The notes under the pieces were generated by a model. It had not been told where the DNA came from. It did not search any database and was given only the letters and a program-made list of their open reading frames with translations. This document shows positions 33,720-44,819 of a stretch of DNA of 64,000 bases, piece after piece. Both the position numbers and the translations under genes were made by a program. This DNA is from an uncultured Phycisphaerales bacterium. GTDB lineage: Bacteria; Planctomycetota; Phycisphaerae; Tepidisphaerales; Tepidisphaeraceae. Each line of letters opens with the position of its first letter. Position 1 is the first letter of the stretch. The stretch spans positions 4,352,001 through 4,416,000 of the forward strand of contig CAVWVQ010000003.1 of the NCBI GenBank assembly GCA_963758525.1, given 5' to 3'.

Positions 33720-34331
33720 ATGTCGCAGATGATTGAATCGATCGAGTCACGGTTGCTTCTTACCGCAGCTCCCGAAGTCATTCTTGCCGACCTCGGCGCC
33801 CTCAAGGCCACCGTGGTAGCGTCCAAGGCTGATCTGAAAGCTGCGCTGAACACCGCGAAAGCCGACGTCAAGGCGCTGAGGACGAGCGTTACCGCCGCGC
33901 ATCCGACTGCCGCACAACGGGCGCCGCTGAATACTCTTGTCAAGGATGAGACCGCCGCCGTCGTGAAATACAGGGCGCGGGTAACCGGCCTTCTCAACTC
34001 CGGGACCCGGGAGGGCCTTAACCTTCTGGCGGCGCTGAAGAACCTGAAGGCGCATCCGAACAGTATCGTATTCAAGGCGAAGGTCACAACCGATCTCGCT
34101 CTGTTGCAGGGCCTTTTCTCCACCACAAACGTCTCGAACATCGAAAGCAACGCCACCGCGACCGTCGGCATTCTCAACACGGATTTGAACGCGATCGCCA
34201 CCGCCATTCCGGCCACGCAATCCGCGGTGCACACATTCAACACTGACTTGGATAACGATCTCACGACCCTCTCAACGAAAGCGACTGACATCCAGACTGG
34301 AATTGCGACTCTGGCGAATGACCTGGCGTAA
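33720..34331 (+). CDS. Putative secreted helical protein with planctomycete LEPR-XLL-like leader
   Basis: N-terminal IESIESRLLL; SD GGAGG upstream. Confidence 0.7.
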   Translation: MSQMIESIESRLLLTAAPEVILADLGALKATVVASKADLKAALNTAKADVKALRTSVTAAHPTAAQRAPLNTLVKDETAAVVKYRARVTGLLNSGTREGLNLLAALKNLKAHPNSIVFKAKVTTDLALLQGLFSTTNVSNIESNATATVGILNTDLNAIATAIPATQSAVHTFNTDLDNDLTTLSTKATDIQTGIATLANDLA

Positions 34332-34469
34332 CGAAGTTTTCACGGGGACTGCAACGCCGCGCGGAGCGGATGGCGTGCAGGTGCCGTGGCGGTCGGGTTG
34401 CAAAAGGGGGGGCAGTGCCTCGCATGAACGTAGAGCCGCCACGTGGCAAGGTCGCGTCGGCAAGCGTCT

Positions 34470-36287
34470 TCAGGCTTTCCGCTCCTCCAATTGCTCCCAT
34501 CGCGCATAGAGTTCGGCGACGCGGTTCTGAGCGGAGTCTGCCGCGGCGCATGCTTCGCGCAGCTTCACATGGTCTTTCAGCACGGCGGGATCCTCCATCT
34601 TTTGCTGGTGCGCGTGAAGAAGTTCCTCGGCTGCGAGGATTTTTTCCTCCATCGCCTCCAGCTCGCGCTGCTCGGACCAAGTCAGTTTTTTCTTTGCCGG
34701 CGGCACCGATGCATCGGGGACCGCGGATCGGGCAGGCGACCCGCGGGCGGCAACAGCACTTGCCTGCATCTCCGTATCGCGCGCCGATTCCCATTGGGAA
34801 AAATCGACGAAGCGGCGCGCGGCTCCCTTGCCGTCCAGCGCGAGAAGCTCGGTGGAAATGCGGTCGAGCATGAAGCGGTCGTGCGTGACGAGCACCAGTG
34901 CGCCGGGAAACTCGGCCAGGCTGTCTTCGAGCACTTCCAGCGAGGGAATATCCAGATCGTTGGTCGGCTCATCAAGAATCAGAAGATCAGCAGGGCGGGC
35001 GACCAGATCGGCCAGGAGAATGCGGGCCTGCTCTCCGCCGGAAAGATCGCCGACGCGCATATCAAGCTGATCGAGGCGGAAGAGAAACTTCCGCGCCCAG
35101 GCCGAGACGTGCATGGGCGCGCCGCGATACACGAAGTTGTCGCCCGCCGGCGCCAATGCGCGGCGAACCGTTTGCGTCGGATCGATCTGCGCGCGCTTCT
35201 GATCGAAATGAACGACGCGCAGCCCGTCGGCGCGCCAGACCTCGCCGGTATCCGCGGCAAGCTCGCCGGTCAGCAGGCGGATGAGGGTGCTCTTTCCCGA
35301 GCCATTGCGGCCGAGCAGGCCGAGCTTCATGCCGGGGGACAAGACCAGATTGACATGCGAGAAGAGGGTTCGGCCGCCGAGGCTTTTCGACACGTCCTTG
35401 AGGGTGAGCAGCTTTCTGGTCTGACGGTGCGTAGCGCTGAAGTCGATCTCAACAGTTCGCGCTTGCGCGTTGCGAGCCTTTAGGGCGGCGAGGTCCTCCA
35501 TCATCTCCCCCGCCTGCTGGATGCGGCCCTTGGCCTTGGTGGTGCGCGCCTTCGCGCCCCGTTGCAGCCAGGTGATCTCCCGCCGCACACGGCTCGCGAC
35601 CGCCTGCTGTTGAGCGGATTGGGCCATCAGGTATTCTTCACGACGCTGAAGAAAATCGCTGTAGGCGCCGGTCACGCTCAAGTAGCCGTCGGCATATGCC
35701 GTGTTCAACTCGACGACGCGGTTGGTCGCGTTTTCAAGGAGATACCGATCGTGCGTGCAGAGGACGAAAGAGAAACTGGCCGAGCCGAGCAGTTTCTCCA
35801 GCCAGAGAATTCCTTCCAGATCGAGATGATTCGTCGGCTCATCGAGGAGCAGCAGATCGGGCGACTGGATCAACTCCCGGGCAAGCGACAGGCGTTTCCG
35901 CCAGCCCCCCGAGAGCGTGTCGACGGACTGCTCAAGGTCGGTAAATCCCATTTTATCGAGGAGGATCTGCGCTGCAGTGAATCGCTCGTGCTCATCGGAG
36001 TGCCCGTCGCTCATGGCTTCCAGAACGACTTGGCCGACCGTTTTCGCCGGCGGGAACACATCTTGCTGCGCGAGGTAGCCGAGCCGAAGTTTGCGACGGG
36101 AGGTAATCCCGCCCGTATCGGCGGCTTCGAGCCCGGCAAAAATTTTCAGCAGCGTCGATTTGCCGGCTCCGTTGGGCCCGATCAGCCCGGTCCGGTCCTG
36201 ATCGTCGAAGCTAATGGAGATGTCATTGAACAGCGCGCGGGAGCCGAACGACTTGCTCAGCGATTCAGTAGAAAGAAGAAGGCTCAT
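34470..36287 (-). CDS. ABC-F family ATPase (Uup-like)
   Basis: Two ABC domains (GPNGAGKS/LSGG/LLDEPTNHLD and GRNGSGKS/LSGGE/LDEPTNDLD), KARTTK linker and coiled-coil C-terminus. Confidence 0.93.
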   Translation of the reverse strand: MSLLLSTESLSKSFGSRALFNDISISFDDQDRTGLIGPNGAGKSTLLKIFAGLEAADTGGITSRRKLRLGYLAQQDVFPPAKTVGQVVLEAMSDGHSDEHERFTAAQILLDKMGFTDLEQSVDTLSGGWRKRLSLARELIQSPDLLLLDEPTNHLDLEGILWLEKLLGSASFSFVLCTHDRYLLENATNRVVELNTAYADGYLSVTGAYSDFLQRREEYLMAQSAQQQAVASRVRREITWLQRGAKARTTKAKGRIQQAGEMMEDLAALKARNAQARTVEIDFSATHRQTRKLLTLKDVSKSLGGRTLFSHVNLVLSPGMKLGLLGRNGSGKSTLIRLLTGELAADTGEVWRADGLRVVHFDQKRAQIDPTQTVRRALAPAGDNFVYRGAPMHVSAWARKFLFRLDQLDMRVGDLSGGEQARILLADLVARPADLLILDEPTNDLDIPSLEVLEDSLAEFPGALVLVTHDRFMLDRISTELLALDGKGAARRFVDFSQWESARDTEMQASAVAARGSPARSAVPDASVPPAKKKLTWSEQRELEAMEEKILAAEELLHAHQQKMEDPAVLKDHVKLREACAAADSAQNRVAELYARWEQLEERKA

Positions 36288-36545
36288 CGTTTATTGCGTG
36301 AAAGCGCGCCGAAGCGGCGGAGAGCATCTTATGGAAATGTTCCGCACGAGTCCCGTGCTGACTCTTTTGCGAATCGCGTCGGGGCGATGCTCAATCCATG
36401 TTCATCAATATCCGATGTGATTCTGCCTGCGATGAGCTTCTCCAAATGGTTTTCCTCGAAATCCGCTCGCTGGCAAAAAATTCGCTGATTCGAGACCTTC
36501 GCGTGTCGATATTAGGGGCTGCCCCTAATACGATGGCATCGTTGT

Positions 36546-37925
36546 ATGAGCAGAACGTACTCGGAATTAAATATCGGAGCCTATCCCTCGGAATCGCGTG
36601 TTTCGACGCCTGCACGGCTGTTGGGCCTGTTAAACAGCAGGCCCGTCTGGACGATTGCCGACCAAGCGATTGTCAGCTTAGGGAACTTCCTCAGCGGCGT
36701 CATCCTCGCCCGGCACTTGCCCGAAACGGGGTACGGGGCGTACGCGCTGTTGCTGGAGACGATGCTCTTTCTCAACAGTCTGCAGGCGGCGATCGTCACC
36801 TACCCGATGAGCGTTCGCGGGGCCACGCACGACTCGCGGAATCTTCGGAGATTTGCCTCGGCAGCGCTGTGGCTGACGCTGGCTCTGCTGCCGGCATTGG
36901 GGGCTGCAATGGGAATCGCCGTGTTGTGCGGCGCACAAATGGGGATGAGCGGGGTGGGAAGTTTGCCCCTCGCGATTGGGGCGATTGCGGGGATGGTGCT
37001 TTGGCAAATGCAGGAGACGATGCGGCGCGCTCTCATGGCCGAGTTCCGGTTCGGGGCATGCATTCCGGGTGATGCGCTCAGCTATCTTGGGCAGGTTGGG
37101 CTCCTGTCGCTGTTGGCGACCTTCGGGGCACTGACGTTGCCGCGGGCTTTTTTTGTGATCGGAAGCACCTCCGCGCTCGCGGTTGTGCTGCAGGCGATGC
37201 AAGTTGGCATCGTCCGCGTGTCGTTTGCCGAATTTGTGGAAATCGCCCGCGATTTCTGGAAGCTCGGGAGCTGGACGCTGCTGGCGAACATTGCCATGGT
37301 GCTCACCACCATGGGATACACCTGGATGCTCAAGCTCCTTCGGGGCCTTGACGCGACGGCGGATTTTGCCGCGATCCTCGTCCCGTTCCGTCTTGCCAAT
37401 CCTTTGTTGCTGGGCATCGGCAATCTGCTGGTGCCCGCGGTCGCCCGAGCGGCCAGGAAAGACGGCGTTCGTGCGAGCGCGCGCGCCGCGGGCCGATACT
37501 CGCTGCTGGGCGGCGCTGTGATCTTCACCTACTACGGCGTGCTGTGCGCCTTCCCCTCGCTGGCGCTGCGGCTGGTTTTCGGATCAGGCTCTCCCTACCT
37601 CAATGAGGGGACCTGGCTGCGGCTCTACGCACTCAACATGTGCGTGATGTACGTCGAACTGGTATTGCAGGGCTGGCTCAGCGGGCTGGGCGAAAGCCGC
37701 GCCAATTTTATGACGCAGATCGTCCAGGCCGCCGCAACGTTGAGCGTTACGCTTCCCGCGACCGCCCTGTATGGCATTCCCGGTCTGATCGGCGGCGCGT
37801 TCGTCGGGACAACGCTCTGCGTGATCGCCCAGTCGTTCATGTTGGGCAAGGCGCTTCGCGTCAGGATAGTCGCGAGCTGGCCCCCGATCAGATCGTTTGG
37901 CGAATCACTTCCTGCACCTGACTGA
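36546..37925 (+). CDS. Polysaccharide flippase (Wzx/MOP superfamily)
   Basis: DQAIVSLGNF...LAR.L....YG signature and many hydrophobic helices. Confidence 0.8.
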   Translation: MSRTYSELNIGAYPSESRVSTPARLLGLLNSRPVWTIADQAIVSLGNFLSGVILARHLPETGYGAYALLLETMLFLNSLQAAIVTYPMSVRGATHDSRNLRRFASAALWLTLALLPALGAAMGIAVLCGAQMGMSGVGSLPLAIGAIAGMVLWQMQETMRRALMAEFRFGACIPGDALSYLGQVGLLSLLATFGALTLPRAFFVIGSTSALAVVLQAMQVGIVRVSFAEFVEIARDFWKLGSWTLLANIAMVLTTMGYTWMLKLLRGLDATADFAAILVPFRLANPLLLGIGNLLVPAVARAARKDGVRASARAAGRYSLLGGAVIFTYYGVLCAFPSLALRLVFGSGSPYLNEGTWLRLYALNMCVMYVELVLQGWLSGLGESRANFMTQIVQAAATLSVTLPATALYGIPGLIGGAFVGTTLCVIAQSFMLGKALRVRIVASWPPIRSFGESLPAPD

Positions 37926-39261
37926 TTCTTGCTTCAGCGGCTTCCCGATCCGGCGCTTCGGCGATGACGCGCATGATCGGCTCGGTGTTGCTCGGGCGGG
38001 CGTGGACCCACGCGTCGGCCCAGTCGATGCGAATGCCATCCTGCGTGTCCAGCCTCTCATTGCCAAAATGCCGGAGCAGTGCCGCCACGGCGCGCTGGGC
38101 ATCGTCGCGGCGGCATTCAAACTTGGTTTTGACAATCTGATACCGCGGAAGCTCCGCGACGAGCTGGGCAACGCTTTTCCCGGTGTTCGCCATCAACTGC
38201 AGCACGTATGCCATGCCCACCAGGCTGTCGCGTCCAGCGACAATGCGCGGATCGATGACGCCGCCGTTGCCTTCGCCGCCGATGACCGCTTCGTGGGCGA
38301 ACATCGCGTCGACCACGTTCGCTTCCCCCACCGGCGTGCGAATCACCCGTCCTCCATGCGCGGCAGCAATATCGTCGAGCATCCGGCTGGTTGATAAATT
38401 CGCCACCGCCACTCCGGGCGTTTTTGACAGGATCAGCTTCGCGGCCAGCGCCAGCGAATATTCTTCGCCGATATATGTTCCGTTTTCATCCACGATCGCC
38501 AGACGGTCCGCATCCGGATCCTGCGCAAAGCCCACATGCGCGCGCTGCCGGCGCACCTCGTCGGCAAGCTGCGTCAGGTTGCTCGCGGTCGGCTCCGGAT
38601 CGTGCGGAAACTGCCCATTGGGTGTCGCGTTGATGTGAACGAGCTGGCATCCGAGCTTGCTCAGCAGTGTCGCCGTCGCGACGCAACCGGCGCCGTTGAC
38701 GCTGTCGAGGACGACCTTATAGCGTTTGGTGGAGATGCCCAGCACATCAACGTGATCGAGCACGCGCTTGACGTGCAGTGCGTGCGTCTCGGAATTCGGC
38801 CGGGGCGCTGTGAGAGACTCAACGCGGACAAAATCCGAGCGGCCATCATCGTACAGTTGCTTGATCGCTGCCGCGTCAGAAGGCGGCGGCGCCACCGCCC
38901 GGCGGTTGAGAAACTTCAGCCCGTTCCACCGGATCGGATTGTGCGAGGCGGTGGCGATCATCGCCGCATCGGCGCCCAGATGCTTGAGCATCATCGCCAC
39001 GCCGGGAGTCGTGACGATGTCCAGATCGATCACCGCGATGCCGCTGGCCGTCAGCGCGGCGATCGCCGCGTCGCGCACCCACGTTCCGCTGGGACGCGAG
39101 TCGCGCCCGAAGACGACGACCGGAGCTTTCGCGGAAGACGACTGCTGCGACTTGAGCCACACCGCAAAGGCGGCGGCCATGCGCCCGACCACCGGCGGCG
39201 TCAGCGTCCCGCCGACCGTCCCGCGCATCCCGGAGACGCCGATCATGAGGGCTTCCATCAT
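37888..39261 (-). CDS. Phosphoglucosamine mutase/phosphomannomutase
   Basis: SGMRG, GRDSR, TASHNP, DPDADR, GGEGNGG and RPSNTEP motifs. Confidence 0.93.
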   Translation of the reverse strand: MMEALMIGVSGMRGTVGGTLTPPVVGRMAAAFAVWLKSQQSSSAKAPVVVFGRDSRPSGTWVRDAAIAALTASGIAVIDLDIVTTPGVAMMLKHLGADAAMIATASHNPIRWNGLKFLNRRAVAPPPSDAAAIKQLYDDGRSDFVRVESLTAPRPNSETHALHVKRVLDHVDVLGISTKRYKVVLDSVNGAGCVATATLLSKLGCQLVHINATPNGQFPHDPEPTASNLTQLADEVRRQRAHVGFAQDPDADRLAIVDENGTYIGEEYSLALAAKLILSKTPGVAVANLSTSRMLDDIAAAHGGRVIRTPVGEANVVDAMFAHEAVIGGEGNGGVIDPRIVAGRDSLVGMAYVLQLMANTGKSVAQLVAELPRYQIVKTKFECRRDDAQRAVAALLRHFGNERLDTQDGIRIDWADAWVHARPSNTEPIMRVIAEAPDREAAEARISQVQEVIRQTI

Positions 39262-39418
39262 GGTAACGTTATCGGGAGCAAGGGGCGGCCGCCATAGCGC
39301 GTCAATGGAAGTACGCGAGCGATCGGAGTGCTGCGCAGGCATTGAGAAAGGCCGTCGATTTGCCCCCCGAGCGGCGGCGCTCTTATCATCAGCGACCCCC
39401 GCTGACTGAAAGAGGAAC

Positions 39419-40380
39419 ATGGATCGTCAAGAGCTGGAAAGCAAGCTGCCGGAGCTGGTCGCCGCGCTGGTGCAAAGCGTGGCGGCCGAGCCGCGCATGC
39501 AGCACCTGAACCGCGTGCTGCTTCCCAATCGCGATCAGATCATCGCCTGCATCGCCGGGCTTCGGCAGATCGTTTTTCCCGGATATTTCGGCCAGCAGGG
39601 ACTGACCCCCGAACACCTGGGCGCGCGCCTTACCGAATTGGCGCTGGAAGTGTCTGACGCATTGTTCGAGCAGGTGCGTTGCTGCCTGCGCTATCGGCGG
39701 CAATTGACCTCTGCCCAGCCGCAGTCCAGCGAATGCGTCGAATGCGATCAGGAGGCGGCCGACGTGGTCGGGAAGTTCGTCTCTCGCATCCCGGCGGTGC
39801 GCGATGCGCTCTCCCACGATGTGCAGGCCGCATTTGACGGGGACCCCGCCGCTCACAGCACGGATGAGACGATCTTCTGCTATCCGGGGCTGTTTGCCAT
39901 TTTCGTGCAGCGGATGGCACACGAATTCTACAACATGGAGATTCCGCTGCTGCCGCGCATCATGACGGAGCATGCCCACAGCCTCACGGGAATTGACATT
40001 CACCCCGGCGCGCGGCTGGGCGCAGCTTTTTTATCGACCACGGCACGGGCGTGGTCATCGGCGAAACCACGGAGATCGGCGAAAACGTCAAGATTTATCA
40101 GGGCGTCACGCTGGGCGCACTGCCGCCCGCGTTTGGCCAGAAGCTGCGCGGTCAGAAGCGGCACCCGACCATCGAAGACGATGTGACGATCTACGCCGGC
40201 GCCACGATATTGGGTGGAAGCACAATTATCGGCAAAGGCGCGTTGATCGGCGGCAACGTCTTCATTACGTCGAGCGTTCCGCCGCTGAACCAGGTCACGG
40301 CTGAGCCGCCGAAGCTCAAGTATCGCGACCGCCGGCCGCGATCGGGCCGGGGTGCGGACTTTCTCGACTTTCAAATCTGA
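39419..40380 (+). CDS. cysE: Serine O-acetyltransferase; apparent 1-nt frameshift near 40020
   Basis: [30 protein letters not shown] and KRHPT motifs. Confidence 0.9.
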
Positions 40381-40392
40381 GGGGTGCGGTGG

Positions 40393-40485
40393 AGGGTTCA
40401 GGGTTTAGGGTTCAGGGTTCAGGGTTCAGGGTTCAGGGTGTCAGGGTTCAGGGTGTCAGGGTTCAGGGGTGTCAGGAGTCAGGAT
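40393..40485 (+). repeat. (GGGTTCA/GGGTGTCA)n tandem array, essentially single-armed
   Basis: About eleven GGG-containing 7-8 nt units directly after the cysE stop. Confidence 0.9.
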
Positions 40486-40601
40486 CACGGATACCGTTGA
40501 ACCCTCCACACTTCCTTGATGCTTTCACGCCACATCCGTCATAATCGGACCAACGTTACACCGACAGGTCGCCTTGGCACTGGGTTTGAAATGAGAACGG
40601 C

Positions 40602-40949
40602 GTGAAGAGACTTTTCTTGATCGTCGCTACGATCCTGGCAACGGGCTGCGCCATGAATCGCCCGGGTACGACAGGCCAACTTTCGGCCCAGCAGCCCGGG
40701 GCCGCGACCGAGCGGGCGTATCAGCCGTCACCGGCGAGCGCGCTGGTTTTCGACTCAGCGGTTATGCCCAACTTTCCGCTGCCGGGCTTGGACCGCCAGG
40801 CGCGCGAGCCTTCCGCATTTCTCGGATTTGACCAGAGCACCACCGAGTCATTCTTCATCTTCACCGACGACGAACAAAGCAGCTTTCCCTATCAGGATTC
40901 GTACGACCGCGAGTCGGTCTCCGCCAGGATCGGCACCCGAAGCCGCTGA
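40602..40949 (+). CDS. Small lipoprotein
   Basis: KRLFLIVATILATGC signal peptide with lipobox. Confidence 0.7.
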   Translation: MKRLFLIVATILATGCAMNRPGTTGQLSAQQPGAATERAYQPSPASALVFDSAVMPNFPLPGLDRQAREPSAFLGFDQSTTESFFIFTDDEQSSFPYQDSYDRESVSARIGTRSR

Positions 40950-41069
40950 ATTCCCCGGATTTCGGGGCGGGAAGGCGCTGGGGGAATTAATTCTTGAATT
41001 TCCCAATCCCGCCGGTCATATTGTTTAAGTTCGTTTCCCATCTGGTGTTAAACCACCCTTGAGGGAAGT

Positions 41070-41453
41070 ATGGCCACCATCACGAAGAAAGAGCTCATTG
41101 ATCGCATCGCCGACGGGTCCGGTAATCGGCGGGTGCAGGTCAAAAAAGTGATACAGCAGTTTCTCGACGAAATCGTCAACGAACTCGGCAAAGGGAATCG
41201 CCTTGAATTTCGCGATTTCGGCGTGTTTGAGACGAAACTTCGCAAAGCCCGCAAAGCTCAGAATCCCAAGACCCTCGAACCCGTCGCCGTACCGGAAAAG
41301 CGGACCGTGAAGTTCAAGGTCGGGCGGCTGATGAAGCAACGGCTCGGCGACCTGACCGGCGCTGCCGTCGATGACGAGGCGGGCGATGTCGCCGAGATGA
41401 GCGAGGGCGCCGGCGACGAAGAAGAGGCGTCCAATCAGCAGGCCGAGGCATGA
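41070..41453 (+). CDS. HU/IHF-family DNA-binding protein with acidic tail
   Basis: TKKELI, EFRDFGVF, AQNPKT and VKFK motifs. Confidence 0.95.
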   Translation: MATITKKELIDRIADGSGNRRVQVKKVIQQFLDEIVNELGKGNRLEFRDFGVFETKLRKARKAQNPKTLEPVAVPEKRTVKFKVGRLMKQRLGDLTGAAVDDEAGDVAEMSEGAGDEEEASNQQAEA

Positions 41454-42676
41454 AGCCATTGGCGTCTGATGCCGTCCCCGTCCGGGCGGTCGATGCGCCA
41501 AGCGGTTCCTGGGATCGGCTGCTGCAGGGGGATCTTGCCGAGGTGCGGGCGGCCGACCTCTATCGCGTTCGGCAACTGGTTCGTCCGCTTGATGCCGTGC
41601 ATGTCGAAATCGCCGGCCGGCGATTGGTCAATTTCGCCTCCAACAACTACCTGGGACTTACACATCACCCTCACGTGATCAATGCGCTCACCCGCTGCGC
41701 AAGGCGCGACGGGGCCGGCAGCGGCGCTGCCTCGCTCATCAGCGGCTGGACGCCTGCCCATGCCTCGGCCGAGGCGCGACTTGCACGCTGGAAGGGCGTC
41801 GAGTCGGCGGTGCTCCTCTCCAGCGGCTACCAGGCGAATCACGCGGCCATCCAAACGATTGCCGCCTGTGCGGCCAGTCGCGGAGGGGTTCGCTTCCTGA
41901 TCGATAAGCTCAGCCATGCCTCGCTCATCGACGCGGTACGCGCCAGCAACGCTCCCTTGCGCGTCTTCCCGCACAATCATCTGGGGAAGCTTCGCCGGCT
42001 GCTGGAAGGCGCAGAAGCAGGGGAGCTTCAAGTTGTTGTCACGGAATCCATTTTCAGCATGGACGGAGATGCCGCCGACCTGGCGGGACTTGCGGAACTG
42101 CGGCAACTGTTTGAGTTCGTCTGGGTGCTTGACGAAGCGCACGCGACGGGAGTCTACGGCCCGCAGGGAAACGGGCTGGCCGCGGAGTTGGGCGTGACTG
42201 CGCTGGTCGACATTCAGATCGTCACGCTGTCCAAGGCGTTGGGCGGCATCGGCGGAGCGATCTGCGCGTCAACCGCGTGCTGTGACGCGGTGATCAACCA
42301 CGGTCGGGCATACATGTTTTCGACGAGCATCCCGCCGGCCTCTGCGGCCGCGGCCGAGGCCGCGATCGACATCATCGAGCGCGAGCCGCAGCGTCGTGAA
42401 CGTTTGCGCGCGAACGCCCGGCGGGTGCGCGAGCGACTGGGCATGGGAGGAGACTCGCCGATCGTGCCGGTCATTCTCGGGACGGAGATCGCCGCGCTGA
42501 AGGCCGCGGCATATTTACGCGAACGCGGAATGCTGGTCGGTGCGGTGCGCCCGCCAACAGTTGCCCGCGATACCAGTCGCCTGCGGATCGCACTCTCCTG
42601 CGAGCATTCGGACGCCGAAATCGAGAGGCTGATCGAGGCGGTGAGCGCGGGGTGCGACGTCTCCACGCACGAATAA
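41450..42676 (+). CDS. bioF: 8-amino-7-oxononanoate synthase
   Basis: FASNNYLGL, HASLID, ESIFSMDGD, DEAHA, TLSKALG and RPPTV motifs. Confidence 0.92.
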   Translation: MKPLASDAVPVRAVDAPSGSWDRLLQGDLAEVRAADLYRVRQLVRPLDAVHVEIAGRRLVNFASNNYLGLTHHPHVINALTRCARRDGAGSGAASLISGWTPAHASAEARLARWKGVESAVLLSSGYQANHAAIQTIAACAASRGGVRFLIDKLSHASLIDAVRASNAPLRVFPHNHLGKLRRLLEGAEAGELQVVVTESIFSMDGDAADLAGLAELRQLFEFVWVLDEAHATGVYGPQGNGLAAELGVTALVDIQIVTLSKALGGIGGAICASTACCDAVINHGRAYMFSTSIPPASAAAAEAAIDIIEREPQRRERLRANARRVRERLGMGGDSPIVPVILGTEIAALKAAAYLRERGMLVGAVRPPTVARDTSRLRIALSCEHSDAEIERLIEAVSAGCDVSTHE

Positions 42677-42715
42677 CTTGACCAGAAAAATTTGCAGACA
42701 GCAGGGCTTTCTCCT

Positions 42716-42765
42716 GTAGCACAGCCGTCCCGGCTGTGATTCCGGCGACAGTCGAGACGGCCACG
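42716..42765. repeat. GTAG-type REP related to 7266-7320
   Basis: GTAGCACAGCCGTCCCGGCTGTG is identical to the rho-downstream unit; the second half is degenerate. Confidence 0.75.
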
Positions 42766-43140
42766 AAATGGCTGTGGTACATATTTGCGTCACCCAATGC
42801 TTTCATTCAAGATTTGCGAACATTTTACGCGTAGGTGATTTGCCCCGTATTTCGGCGTTGACACAGGATTGCCCCCTAGTAGATACTGCATTGGTTGAAC
42901 CAAAACCGCCGGTCGCGTATGTCGCCAATGAATCAAGCGCCGCCAGGCAAAATGCAGTGCGGTGGCGCGCCCAGTTGTGGCCTTTGGGGATGCCGTCGCA
43001 CTGTTTGCCCCAGGCGTCTTTTCGCACTATGACTCGGCTCTGCGCGCGGCAGCGCAATCCCGCGCAGTCGAACACAGCCAATATTGGTTCCCTCACGGCG
43101 ATCGCACGGTCCGTTGTGCGTCGTATCGAGGAGTTGAGTC

Positions 43141-44736
43141 ATGGCGCAGTCCCTCCGAATGTCGCCTTCCGTTCGCAACGGGGAGCGGCGCCTGTCGTCA
43201 CCATTCACCGTTCGATTCGTCCGTACGCTGATGCCCGTCGTCGTTCTGCTGGCGGGCGTCGGCGCAGTCGCATTCGTCGTGTTCAGCGACTCCGTGGAAG
43301 GTGCTTTCAAACTTCGCGATGCGGGGATCGCGGCGCTGGTTACCCTGTTGCTGCTGTTTGTCTGGGTGTTGTTTCTGAGCGGCCTCAGATGGCGCCGCCG
43401 GGTGCAGTTGCTGCTGGCTGGCGTCACCGTGCCGGTAGTTGGCGTATTTGTTCTTCACCACTTCGTCCGGCGCGAAGGCTCAGTTGATGGTTCAGGGATG
43501 CCGCGGATCGTCTGGCGCAGCGAGATGAGCGCGGAACTGCCCGCAGTCCAGGCCACAGCCCCTTCGGGAAGTGCAGTCGAACTCGTGAGCGGCCCCGAAG
43601 ATTATCCGCGGTTCCTCGGCGTGGGCGGTAATAATCGTGTCGAGGGCGTTCACCTCTCCCGCGACTGGAAGACCACTCCGCCGAAGGAATTATGGCGTCG
43701 GCCGATCGGGCTGGGATGGGGCTCTTTTGCGATCGTGAACGGCTTTGCCGTGACGCAGGCGCAACGCGAGGCCGACGAGGTCACCACCTGTCTGGATATG
43801 AAGACAGGGGAGGTTCGCTGGCGACATCTCAACGCGGCGCGCTTCCACGAATCGTATGGAGGCGACGGCCCCAGGGCCACGCCGACGGTCTCCGACGGAC
43901 GTGTGTATGTCATGGGCGCCACCGGTTTGCTCGACTGTCTCGACGGCGCCACGGGCAAGCCCATCTGGTCGCGCGACATACTGGCAGACGCGCACGCAGC
44001 CAACTTGGAATGGGGAAAAAGTTGTTCCCCGCTGATCTGCGACCGCCTCGTGGTGGTCAGTGGCGGCGCGCGCGGTCCATCGCTCCTGGCCTACGACAAA
44101 GTGAGCGGCGCGCCGGCCTGGCAGTCTGGAACGGATGCCGCGTCCTATGCCTCCCCGACGCTGGCGATGCTCGCCGGACGCCGGATGCTGCTGAGCGTCA
44201 ATGCTCACAGCGTGGGCGGGTACGATCCGGCCAGCGGGGACGTCGTCTTCAACTACGCCTGGCCGGGCGATTGGCCGAAGGCTGCACAGCCGGTGCCGCT
44301 GGAGGATGATAGAGTCTTCATCTGCGCCGGGTACGGTCTGGGGAGCGAGGTGCTGAAAGTCAATGCTGGTGCGGCAGCCCCGCGCGTGCTCTGGCACAAC
44401 CTCCGACTCAAGGCTGAGTACAGCAATGTCGTTGTCCGTGACGGATTCGTTTATGGGCTGGACGACGGCGTGCTCACTTGTCTGGACCTGAAAAACGGCA
44501 AGCGGCGGTGGCGCGACGGCCGGTACGGCCACGGCGAGATTCTGCTCGTTGACGATCTCATTCTCGTTCAAACCGAGCCTGGCGATCTCGCGCTGGTGGA
44601 GGCGACGCCGGACAGGTTCAACGAACTCGCAACCGCTCCCGCGCTGAATGGAAAGACCTGGAACAACCCGGCGCTCTCGGGCCATGTGTTGCTGGTCCGA
44701 AACGATCATGAGGCCGTTGCGCTTCAGCTGCCGTAG
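43141..44736 (+). CDS. Membrane-anchored PQQ-like beta-propeller protein
   Basis: Three N-terminal hydrophobic helices followed by GPRATP, CLD..TG..W, YASP and TWNNPA repeats. Confidence 0.88.
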   Translation: MAQSLRMSPSVRNGERRLSSPFTVRFVRTLMPVVVLLAGVGAVAFVVFSDSVEGAFKLRDAGIAALVTLLLLFVWVLFLSGLRWRRRVQLLLAGVTVPVVGVFVLHHFVRREGSVDGSGMPRIVWRSEMSAELPAVQATAPSGSAVELVSGPEDYPRFLGVGGNNRVEGVHLSRDWKTTPPKELWRRPIGLGWGSFAIVNGFAVTQAQREADEVTTCLDMKTGEVRWRHLNAARFHESYGGDGPRATPTVSDGRVYVMGATGLLDCLDGATGKPIWSRDILADAHAANLEWGKSCSPLICDRLVVVSGGARGPSLLAYDKVSGAPAWQSGTDAASYASPTLAMLAGRRMLLSVNAHSVGGYDPASGDVVFNYAWPGDWPKAAQPVPLEDDRVFICAGYGLGSEVLKVNAGAAAPRVLWHNLRLKAEYSNVVVRDGFVYGLDDGVLTCLDLKNGKRRWRDGRYGHGEILLVDDLILVQTEPGDLALVEATPDRFNELATAPALNGKTWNNPALSGHVLLVRNDHEAVALQLP

Positions 44737-44819
44737 GATTTTGTCACGGAGTTCGCGGCCCTGGTAGTGCCGGGAGGGGGCGACCAGATTGGACTTCTTC
44801 GGCTGCATTCCCCGCAAAA

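Noticed and set aside
42768..43140. ORF or small Cys-rich peptide upstream of the PQQ-propeller gene
   Set aside because: No motif or SD support; only a plausible TTGACA promoter near 42858.
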